Origin: an uncultured cyanobacterium | Lineage (GTDB): Bacteria > Cyanobacteriota > Cyanobacteriia > Cyanobacteriales > CAWCAG01 | Length of the DNA: 64,000 nucleotides | NCBI GenBank assembly: GCA_963793425.1 | Contig: CAWCAG010000005.1 | Span: forward strand, 1,536,001-1,600,000 | Direction: 5' to 3' | Part shown: piece after piece, positions 9,697 to 17,978 of the stretch | How positions within the stretch are numbered: the stretch's first letter is position 1 | How the letters are laid out: every line of letters begins with the position of its first letter | The notes under the pieces: model-generated | What the model saw: only the letters and a program-made list of their open reading frames with translations | What the model was told of the DNA's origin: nothing | The model's database searches: none | Program-made: the position numbers and the translations under genes

Positions 9697-10010
9697 AGTC
9701 ACCAAAACCATAAATAGCTTTTGTGAATATAGAGAATGCTTAGTCTGACTTGAGATAGATAAAAAATACTCAAGAATAAAAACTTACTACTTAAAAAGTC
9801 ATAATAATATTTCTCTAGACGGAAGATAGTTAATCAAACCTTAACTTATAATGAATTGTTAAAGCCCGTCTACATTTTTTAGAAAATTGAAGATTCTCTA
9901 TAAATGTTTTTAGATAGGCTGAGTTGAGAAAAATAGATATTCTATTACATAGCTAATAAAATATCTATTTTTCAAATGCTTTTCAAGTAAGTCTGAGGAG
10001 TCATAAAAGA

Positions 10011-10814
10011 ATGTCCCAATTAATTAAAAATACTTTACTCTGGCGCAATTTACGTAAAGGTGCGCTAGCTTTCGCTTTAGTAGGTTTACTTCTTCCTGCT
10101 GCTTGTACCGACACTGAAACAGTAGAGGAAGCAGAAATAGAAGAACAAGAAGAAGAAAACGTTACCGCAGAAGACGTTACCGAGAATACAGGGGATCTTA
10201 TTGGTCAAACTGTAACCGTTAGAAGCGACGTTGAAGCTGTTGGGGAACAGAGTTTCCTCATGAGTGATGAAAAACTATTTAGCGGCGAAACGATTTTAGT
10301 TATTAATGCCACAGGGGAAATTTTTACAGTTCCCACCGATGGTACAGAAGTTCAGGTGACTGGGGAAGTTAGGGAGTTTATTTTAGCAGATATAGAAGAA
10401 GAATTTGCTGACTTTGAGTGGAACCCAGAAGTTTACGAAGATTATGAAAAAAAAGCGGTTATCATCGCTGAATCTCTCGCCGAAGCGCCAGATACAGATG
10501 AATTAACTGATAACCCTGAAGAATATTATGGAGAAGTTGTAGCAGTACAAGGGGATGTTGAAGAGGTTCTTAGTGACAATACTTTTGTAACTGATGATGG
10601 CTTACTTGTGGTTGTTTTAGAGACGGAAGGAGTCTTGACAGAAGGAGAAGAGGTAGCAATGACAGGGGAACTTAAGGAGTTTGTCGTTGCTGATATAGAA
10701 AAAGACTATGATCTAACCTGGGATTTAGATGTTAAAGAAAAAATTGAAGCCGAGTATGAAACTAAACCAGTGTTGATTGCTAAGAAAGTTTATCCTTCTG
10801 CGGTAGAAGAGTAA
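10011..10814 (+). CDS. Highly acidic lipoprotein with two internal repeat domains, function unknown
   Basis: Lipobox-like LPAAC after a hydrophobic stretch; GAGGAG Shine-Dalgarno; duplicated G.EV..TGE..EF..ADIE unit. Confidence 0.8.
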   Translation: MSQLIKNTLLWRNLRKGALAFALVGLLLPAACTDTETVEEAEIEEQEEENVTAEDVTENTGDLIGQTVTVRSDVEAVGEQSFLMSDEKLFSGETILVINATGEIFTVPTDGTEVQVTGEVREFILADIEEEFADFEWNPEVYEDYEKKAVIIAESLAEAPDTDELTDNPEEYYGEVVAVQGDVEEVLSDNTFVTDDGLLVVVLETEGVLTEGEEVAMTGELKEFVVADIEKDYDLTWDLDVKEKIEAEYETKPVLIAKKVYPSAVEE

Positions 10815-10830
10815 CCTGCCATAAATAATT

Positions 10831-10879
10831 AATCAAAAGCGGGGATACGATATTAATATTGCGTCCCCGCTTTTTGATT
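10831..10879. terminator. Bidirectional intrinsic terminator
   Basis: AATCAAAAGCGGGGA...TCCCCGCTTTTTGATT between convergent genes. Confidence 0.9.
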
Positions 10880-10882
10880 TGA

Positions 10883-13531
10883 CTAAACTTCTACAGGTTG
10901 AGAAGCATTACTTTCTACAGATTCCCTTTCTTTAATTAAAGCGATCGCCCCACCAACGCTTTCTGGCAAAATCACCACTAAACCCCCTTCTGTCACCTTA
11001 TCTAAGCCCACTTTAATGGCTTCAGCTTCATTGAGAATTGTCAAACAATCAGAATCAGGTTTCTTGGCGCGAATTCCTTTCACAATCAAATCAGCTACTT
11101 CACCCCGCCCCCTGCCCCTAGTATCTTCATCTTCTTTAACAATAATCTGATCAAAAAACTCTGCTGAGAGTTCCCCCAAGGCGATTAAGTCTTCATCTCG
11201 GCGATCTCCAGGGCCACCCACTACCCCTATACATTCTCCTTCCCAGTTACAGACAAAACTTCCTAAAGCAGCATAACTCGCGGGGTTATGGGCATAATCT
11301 ATCAAAGCATGACCTTTCTCTAGGGTAAAGAGATTCATTCGACCGGGAGTTTGACCCACAGAAGGGGCAAAAGTTCTTACTCCTTGGCGAATAGATTCTA
11401 TTTCCACTCCTTGGGTATAAGCGGCTAAACAAGCAGCTAAGGCGTTAGCAATCATAAAAGGAGCCATTCCCCCCATAGTAATGGGAATATTAGCTGCCCG
11501 TTCAATATGTACAGTCCAGTCTCCAGAAAGGAGAGAGAGGTAGCCATTTTCATAAATAGCAGCCAAGCCCCCTTCTTTTGTATGCTCCTGTACCAAAGGG
11601 TTGTTGGGGTTCATGGAAAAATAAGCTACCTTCGCTTCCACCTGTCCCGCCATATCTGCTACTAAAGGGTCATCGGCGTTGAGAATAGCATAACCTTCCG
11701 GTCGTACCGCTTCTACCACCACGCTTTTAAGGCGGGCTAATTGTTCTATGGTATCAATATCTCCAATACCCAAATGATCTGCGGCGACATTTAAAACTAA
11801 ACCAATATCACAAAATTCAAAAGCTAAGCCGGAACGCAAGATCCCCCCACGGGCCGTTTCTAACACCGCCACCTCAACAGTAGGGTCTTTAAGAATCACC
11901 AGAGCGCTTTGAGGCCCTGTGGTATCCCCTTTTTCCACTAAATGCCCATCAATATAAATACCATCGGTGGTGGTGTAACCAACTACCTGCCCCGTTTGGC
12001 CATAGATATGGGCAATGAGACGGGTTGTAGTGGTTTTACCGTTAGTACCAGTGATAGAAATGATGGGAATACGGCTAGGAGTTCCTTTAGGAAAAAGCAT
12101 CTCCAAAACCGGGGCCGCCACATTGCGAGGCAAACCCTTACTAGGAGAAACGTGCATCCTAAACCCAGGGGCCGCGTTAACCTCAACCACAACCCCAGAT
12201 ACTTCTCTTAAAGGTTTGGTGATATCTGGGGTAACCACATCTATCCCGGCAATATCTAAGCCAATTACCTTCGCAACCCTTTCTGCTAGCCAAATATTCT
12301 CAGGATGAATATCATCGGTACGATCTACAGCAATACCACCAGTGCTTAAATTAGCGGTGGCTCTAAGATAAACAATCTTTCCTGGCTCTAAGATCGTATC
12401 AAGGTTATAGCCTTGGCGCTGTAAAACATCCGTAGCGGTTTTATCTAAAGTTATCCTAGTCAGAACATTATCATGACCATCCCCTCTATCGGGATCACGG
12501 TTGGTTTGGTCAATCAGTTGTTGAATAGTTAACTCACCATCACCAATTACATGGGCAGGGACTCGCTCTGCTACCGCCACAAGCTTACCATCAATGAGCA
12601 AAATACGATGGTCGCTACCCCGGTAAAAACGCTCGACAATTACCCCACGAGTCTTAGCTTCTTGGCTAGCAAAATCGTAAGCTTGTTCTGCTTCTGACCA
12701 ATCTTTAATATCAATGGTGATACCTCTACCGTGATTGCCATCAAGAGGCTTAATCACAATGGGATAACCCCCTAAATCTTCAACGGCTTCTTCGAGTTCA
12801 TTGAAGTAAGAAATAACCGTGCCGTTGGGTACAGGAATGCCGGCATCCCTCAAGATAGTTTTAGTTCCTTCCTTATCACAAGCTAGTTCTACCCCTAAGA
12901 TACTGGAATAGTCACTTAAGGTCGCTTGAATACGTTTTTGGTGGACTCCGTAACCTAATTGCAGCATGGCACGGGCGTTAAGGCGAAGCCAGGGAATTTT
13001 GCGGGCTTCGGCTTCCCTAACAATAGTTTCTGTACTAGGGCCGAGGGCAGAACTTTTAGCGAGATTTTCCAGATCGTCTAAATCTTGATCTAGCTCTCTA
13101 GCGGGATAAGTCCCTGCATTAATGATACTTTGACACAATCTCACGGCGGCTCTACCTGCGTAGCGCCCTGCTTGTTCATCAAGATATTCAAAAACGACTT
13201 GATAAACTCCTGATGTACCCGTTTCCCTGGTACGACCAAAACCCACAGGCATACCTGCTAGTTCTTGCAGTTCGAGGGCTACGTGTTCGATGATGTGACC
13301 CATCATCGTTCCTTCTTGAACTCTACTGAGGAATCCTCCTCGACAGCCTGGAGAACAGTGATGTTCTACCAAACTAGGTAATACTTCAATAAGTCCTTCG
13401 TAGAAGCCCTGAATTTGATTAGAAGGCTTCTCCGCAAGCTCTTCTAAGTCTAAGCGGAGGATGATTAATTTATGCCGTCGAATGCTCCAATAATTGGGGC
13501 CGCGTAAGGTCTGGGTTTTCAGAATTCTCAT
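10883..13531 (-). CDS. cphA: Cyanophycin synthetase
   Basis: Canonical N-terminus MRILKTQTLRGPNYWSIRR (ATG at 13531 preferred to the track start at 13600); ATP-grasp domain (KPLDGNHGRG, EVNAAPGFRMH); Mur-ligase domain (ITGTNGKTTT, DYAHN). Confidence 0.97.
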   Translation of the reverse strand: MRILKTQTLRGPNYWSIRRHKLIILRLDLEELAEKPSNQIQGFYEGLIEVLPSLVEHHCSPGCRGGFLSRVQEGTMMGHIIEHVALELQELAGMPVGFGRTRETGTSGVYQVVFEYLDEQAGRYAGRAAVRLCQSIINAGTYPARELDQDLDDLENLAKSSALGPSTETIVREAEARKIPWLRLNARAMLQLGYGVHQKRIQATLSDYSSILGVELACDKEGTKTILRDAGIPVPNGTVISYFNELEEAVEDLGGYPIVIKPLDGNHGRGITIDIKDWSEAEQAYDFASQEAKTRGVIVERFYRGSDHRILLIDGKLVAVAERVPAHVIGDGELTIQQLIDQTNRDPDRGDGHDNVLTRITLDKTATDVLQRQGYNLDTILEPGKIVYLRATANLSTGGIAVDRTDDIHPENIWLAERVAKVIGLDIAGIDVVTPDITKPLREVSGVVVEVNAAPGFRMHVSPSKGLPRNVAAPVLEMLFPKGTPSRIPIISITGTNGKTTTTRLIAHIYGQTGQVVGYTTTDGIYIDGHLVEKGDTTGPQSALVILKDPTVEVAVLETARGGILRSGLAFEFCDIGLVLNVAADHLGIGDIDTIEQLARLKSVVVEAVRPEGYAILNADDPLVADMAGQVEAKVAYFSMNPNNPLVQEHTKEGGLAAIYENGYLSLLSGDWTVHIERAANIPITMGGMAPFMIANALAACLAAYTQGVEIESIRQGVRTFAPSVGQTPGRMNLFTLEKGHALIDYAHNPASYAALGSFVCNWEGECIGVVGGPGDRRDEDLIALGELSAEFFDQIIVKEDEDTRGRGRGEVADLIVKGIRAKKPDSDCLTILNEAEAIKVGLDKVTEGGLVVILPESVGGAIALIKERESVESNASQPVEV

Positions 13532-13752
13532 AATGATTGTAAAGTCGGACTTCGGAAGCACCAAGAAGCCATATGTTATATCATAAGTTTCTCGCTTCAA
13601 AAAGCAATTAAACTGTTACTGATGAACGGTTTTTCAGTTATCAGTGTGAGGGCAGCCTATTTTTAAGATGTTAAGGGAGATTATTAGTCATTAGGCCACC
13701 CTAGATTATCAGTCGGGGGAATGAAAATGTAAACCTGCTGAGGATAGTAGTT

Positions 13753-14619
13753 TTAATCAGAAGACATGATTTGGCGAGATTCAACTTGATAGCGATCGCC
13801 ATGACAGAGAATGTGCAGACGTAAGTTATGAATATTAAGGGGATCAGCAGTCCCCACCTTACTTTGGTTGGTATAAGATAAGCACAAGGGATCTACGATG
13901 GTTACTGTTCCCTTACCAATAACCCGTAATATTCCATCTTTTTCAAAAACAGCACAAGTATCTTCATCAATACCGATTCCTAAAAGATTAGGGTACATAG
14001 CAACAGCGCTAAGCAAGCGGGCCATGCGATTGCGATTGTGAAAATGTTGATCAACAATCACATCGGGGATCATGCTCAACCCTGTTGCCATATCTACTAA
14101 AGAGCGATTAGGAGACTCGCCACTGCCCCCTCCAGCAATCATACGATGCCCCATAACCGCAGCTCCCGCACTGGTTCCAGCCAAGGTTACTTCCCCTAGC
14201 TGAACTCTTTGACGTACTCGTTCGGCGATGGGAGTATCAGCCAACAAACCGCAGAGTCTAAGCTGATCTCCTCCGGTCATAAAAACCCCGGTACACTCTT
14301 CAATATATTCTTTGTAGCTGCGGTCATCTCCTTGTTGGCGATCGCGGATATCCAAGACTTTTATTTGTTTGGCTCCCATATCTTCAAAGATACGTTCGTA
14401 GCGACCACCTGTGAGGGCTGGTTCCCTAGAAGCTGAGGGAATAATAGCGATTATGGACTCCGAACCACCTGCCCGCTTAAAAAAGTGGTGAAGAATTTCT
14501 CGCCCATGGACTTTATCTTCTGCCCCACCAATCACCAAGATGGCAGTTTTTGTTGATAGAGGCATCTTGGTTTCTGACATTTGAGACTCCAGTTGCAACA
14601 TAAGCTGGCTTTTTAACAT
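13753..14619 (-). CDS. cphB: Cyanophycinase
   Basis: IGGAEDKVHGREIL, TGGDQLRL, catalytic GTSAGA, DQHFHNRNRMARL; lies upstream of cphA. Start may be the second Met. Confidence 0.96.
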   Translation of the reverse strand: MLKSQLMLQLESQMSETKMPLSTKTAILVIGGAEDKVHGREILHHFFKRAGGSESIIAIIPSASREPALTGGRYERIFEDMGAKQIKVLDIRDRQQGDDRSYKEYIEECTGVFMTGGDQLRLCGLLADTPIAERVRQRVQLGEVTLAGTSAGAAVMGHRMIAGGGSGESPNRSLVDMATGLSMIPDVIVDQHFHNRNRMARLLSAVAMYPNLLGIGIDEDTCAVFEKDGILRVIGKGTVTIVDPLCLSYTNQSKVGTADPLNIHNLRLHILCHGDRYQVESRQIMSSD

Positions 14620-14813
14620 AGGGAAAATTAATATTCATTTTTGCTGGCTTACCCGGTGTTTTTGCAAGCAAACACTAGATAAATTAAAAGAAAAGCAATA
14701 ACTGATAACCAAGCTAGGTAGTAGAAATAAAGATTATATGATGATGACAATACTTGGGACAATAGGTATCCTTAAGTGTTAAAGCTTTTAACCGTAATAT
14801 TTCCATAACTACT

Positions 14814-15503
14814 GTGCGAATTGATGTTATCACTTTGTTTCCTGACTTTTTCTCTTCACCTTTGAGTTCGAGTTTGCTAGGTAAAGCTTTGGCAAAGCAG
14901 ATTGCTACTGTTTATTTACACAATCCGAGGGATTTTACTACAGATAAACATAGAAGGGTAGATGATGAACCCTACGGTGGTGGCGTTGGTATGTTGCTTA
15001 AGCCAGAGCCTATTTTTGCGGCTGTGGAATCTTTGCCTGTATTACCTAAACGCGACATTATCTTGCTGACACCCCAAGGTCAACCCCTAAAGCAAAAGTT
15101 GTTGCAAGAATTAGCAACAGATTATGCACAATTGGTATTGCTCTGTGGTCACTATGAGGGAGTGGATGAACGGGTTCGTAATTTGGTGAGGCGGGAGGTA
15201 TCTTTAGGGGATTTTGTGCTTACTTGCGGGGAGATCCCTGCTTTAGCTTTGATTAATGGAGTTGTGCGGCTATTACCAGGGACTGTTGGTAAGGAAGAAT
15301 CCCTGAAAGCAGAAAGTTTTGAGGAGGGTTTGCTAGATTATCCTCAATATACTAGACCTGCTGTTTTTCGAGGCTGGGAAGTGCCAGAGGTACTACGTTC
15401 AGGAAACCATCAAAAAATCGCTCGTTGGCGCAAAGAAGAGCAAATCAAAAGAACAAAAGAACGCCGTCCTGATTTGTGGGAGGATGGGAAGCTGGGGAGC
15501 TAG
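14814..15503 (+). CDS. trmD: tRNA (guanine-N1)-methyltransferase
   Basis: VDDEPYGGGVGM, CGHYEGVDER, SLGDFVLTCGE, LLDYPQYTRP, SGNH motifs. Confidence 0.97.
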   Translation: MRIDVITLFPDFFSSPLSSSLLGKALAKQIATVYLHNPRDFTTDKHRRVDDEPYGGGVGMLLKPEPIFAAVESLPVLPKRDIILLTPQGQPLKQKLLQELATDYAQLVLLCGHYEGVDERVRNLVRREVSLGDFVLTCGEIPALALINGVVRLLPGTVGKEESLKAESFEEGLLDYPQYTRPAVFRGWEVPEVLRSGNHQKIARWRKEEQIKRTKERRPDLWEDGKLGS

Positions 15504-15527
15504 GGAGAAAACTATTAGCCATTAGCA
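15495..15527 (+). repeat. 33-bp dispersed repeat, copy 1
   Basis: GGGAGCTAGGGAGAAAACTATTAGCCATTAGCA, 31/33 identical to 16279-16311; related inverted copy at about 56378-56406. Confidence 0.75.
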
Positions 15528-15532
15528 TTAAA

Positions 15533-16261
15533 TCAGTTTGCTACTGCCACCTTAAGCATTTCCTCTGGAGTGAGGTTGTGGTGAACCACCTTACCATCAA
15601 GAAACCAGACGATACGTTGGGTTAAACGGGCTACTTCCGGCTCGTGTGTGACCATGATAACAGTCATGCCGCTATTGTTTAACTCAGCGAAGATATCCAT
15701 TACTTCGCGGGTGGTGTGGGAATCTAAAGCCCCTGTGGGTTCATCGGCGAGAAGGATAACAGGTTGGTTAACGATGGCACGGGCGATCGCAACTCTTTGT
15801 TGTTGCCCGCCGGAGAGTTGGTTGGGTTTATTATTGAGGCGACTTGATAAACCCACCCTAGTTAAGGCAACTATGGCGCGATCACGCCTTTCTTGGCTAG
15901 AAACTCCAGCATATAACATCGGTAAGATGACATTATCTAAAGCTGTCATTTGAGGTAAGAGATGAAATTGTTGGAAGACAAAGCCAATTTTGAGGTTACG
16001 GATTTTAGCTAACTCTGATTCTGGCAAAATGGAAACATCAAGATTATCAAGATGGTAACTTCCTGAAGTGGGGCGATCTAAACAACCAATGGTGTTCATG
16101 GCCGTAGATTTTCCGGAACCAGAAGCCCCCATTATTGAGCAATATTCCCCCCTTTCTACTGTTAAATTAACTTCAGAAAGAGCGCGCACTTCAGCGTTAC
16201 CGCTACCGTAAATTTTAGAAATATTCTCTAAACGAACAATCTTTTTCTTTTCATTTAACAT
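15533..16261 (-). CDS. ABC transporter ATP-binding protein, LolD/MacB-like
   Basis: Walker A GASGSGKS, GFVFQQFHL, LSGGQQQRVAIARA, LADEPTGALD, VTHE. Confidence 0.93.
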   Translation of the reverse strand: MLNEKKKIVRLENISKIYGSGNAEVRALSEVNLTVERGEYCSIMGASGSGKSTAMNTIGCLDRPTSGSYHLDNLDVSILPESELAKIRNLKIGFVFQQFHLLPQMTALDNVILPMLYAGVSSQERRDRAIVALTRVGLSSRLNNKPNQLSGGQQQRVAIARAIVNQPVILLADEPTGALDSHTTREVMDIFAELNNSGMTVIMVTHEPEVARLTQRIVWFLDGKVVHHNLTPEEMLKVAVAN

Positions 16262-16278
16262 TTAAGGAGTGGGGAGTA

Positions 16279-16331
16279 GGGAGCTGGGGAGAAAACTATT
16301 AGCAATTAGCAATTAGCAATTAGCAACTAGC
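16279..16331 (+). repeat. 33-bp dispersed repeat, copy 2, extended by ATTAGCA heptamers
   Basis: GGGAGCTGGGGAGAAAACT followed by four ATTAGCA units and ACTAGC. Confidence 0.75.
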
Positions 16332-16333
16332 GA

Positions 16334-17791
16334 TTAACCATTTTCCAATTCTTGTAGCAAATCTTCAGCAATTTGATACCATTGTTCACGGTACTGTCTA
16401 TCTTTCTCTTCTCCAGTTAAAGTATAATCTTTTAATTGCGGGTTTTGAGAGTAAAAAGTTTCGTTAACTTGGTCGTAGAAAGCTTTCTCTTCAATATCAA
16501 TCTTGTTAAGACGACTAATAATTTTTGCTTGCCTTTCTTGTTCTGTTGAACTGACATTTTCATCTGGCTGGGTGGGCAAAGATTCTTCTTGAGTAGTAGA
16601 AGCAAAAGGCCAGGGAATGAGGGCGAATACTTGTTTAATGCCCCAAGTACCAAGACTAATTAGTAAGGCAATGCCAATGCCGAAAGAGATAATTTTTAAT
16701 ACTCCCTCACTACCCAGATTTTTGTTTAAAGCATTGCTTCCTCCTTGATTAATTTGGCGAAAAGAAGTTAAAGAAGTTAGCATCGTCTTTAAAGGGCGGG
16801 CTGGGGCAACAACCACAGTACGAAGCTTGGAAACAGCTTGATTGAAAACGCCATGATTATGATTGCTAGAAGCAGCAGGAGAAATAGTAGTTGGTGCAGC
16901 AGTTGTTGGAGCCTGGTAAGTTTTTTGCTGGGGTAAAGAACCAGGGGTATTGTTATTTCTTAAAGCTTCTAAAGCTTCTTCTGCTGAGGAATAGCGATCG
17001 CGAGGGCGATAGGCTAACATTTTAGTTAGAAATTCTCGGAAACCAGCGCTAACATTAATAGTTTGTAAGTTCCAAGTAGCATTGGCACTTTCGTAAAGAT
17101 CCTCAGGTTCTCGGTTAGTTAAAAGTACTAATATGGTTGCCCCCAAAGCATAGAGATCACTACTAGGAGAAATCTCACCAAACTGCATTTGTTCTTCTGG
17201 GGCATAACCATCTTTACCAATAATTGTTCCCAATGGCTGTTGATGATTAGCTGAACCAGCACTCATGGCTACCTGCTTAACAGAACCAAAATCAATCAAA
17301 ATTGGTAACTTATCTTTGCTGCGTAAAATAATGTTATCAGGAGAAATATCGCGATGAATGACATTTTGACGGTGGATATATTGCAACACCGGAAGCAGCT
17401 TAAACAGCAATTGAATCAGATCAGCTTCACTAAAGCGCTTACCGGCTTTTAAAAGTTGAGAGTAGGTTTGTCCTTCAATATAATCTTGCACCAAAAACAA
17501 AGATTCTTGCTTACCAATGTTTACCTTGAGCATTTCGCGGAAACAAGGTATTTGAGAATGATTAAGTTGGTAAAGCATTCCTGCTTCCCTCTCAAACAAT
17601 TCCTTAGCTTTATGCCATTCCTGACTATTCTGGACTTGAGGTACAAACTCTTTGAGGACACAAGACTCATGAAAACGATTCGTATTCTCTGCCAAATAAG
17701 TTCTGCCGAACCCTCCCTGTCCTAATTCCCGTACAATACAGTAACGATTCTCTATAATTGAGCCAGGACTAAGCGCAGAGGAAGTATACAT
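16334..17791 (-). CDS. Membrane Hanks-type Ser/Thr protein kinase
   Basis: LGQGGFGRTY, VLKEF, HRDISPDN, DFG, GYAPEE, SDLYALG; one TM helix; small C-terminal extracytoplasmic domain. Confidence 0.93.
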   Translation of the reverse strand: MYTSSALSPGSIIENRYCIVRELGQGGFGRTYLAENTNRFHESCVLKEFVPQVQNSQEWHKAKELFEREAGMLYQLNHSQIPCFREMLKVNIGKQESLFLVQDYIEGQTYSQLLKAGKRFSEADLIQLLFKLLPVLQYIHRQNVIHRDISPDNIILRSKDKLPILIDFGSVKQVAMSAGSANHQQPLGTIIGKDGYAPEEQMQFGEISPSSDLYALGATILVLLTNREPEDLYESANATWNLQTINVSAGFREFLTKMLAYRPRDRYSSAEEALEALRNNNTPGSLPQQKTYQAPTTAAPTTISPAASSNHNHGVFNQAVSKLRTVVVAPARPLKTMLTSLTSFRQINQGGSNALNKNLGSEGVLKIISFGIGIALLISLGTWGIKQVFALIPWPFASTTQEESLPTQPDENVSSTEQERQAKIISRLNKIDIEEKAFYDQVNETFYSQNPQLKDYTLTGEEKDRQYREQWYQIAEDLLQELENG

Positions 17792-17978
17792 AAATTGACC
17801 TATATCTCTAGAAAAATAAAATTAAAAGCAAAAAGATGGGTTACAGGTTATTTTAACTAACTACATTATCCAACTCTAAATCTACGGATGCGGAAAAAAT
17901 AAGCTAGCAGTTGTTGAAAGCAGCTAGAGATGTAGCCAGGGCAAATAATAAATGATCAAATGTTAAATAATTAATGAT

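Noticed and set aside
13532..13600. N-terminal extensions in the track for cphA (likewise apcE 42972-43022 and LCP 60284-60385)
   Set aside because: They start at TTG upstream of the family-typical N-termini; for apcE and LCP a Shine-Dalgarno precedes the downstream start
14620..14813. Expected NtcA box upstream of cphBA
   Set aside because: I found no GTA-N8-TAC match by eye
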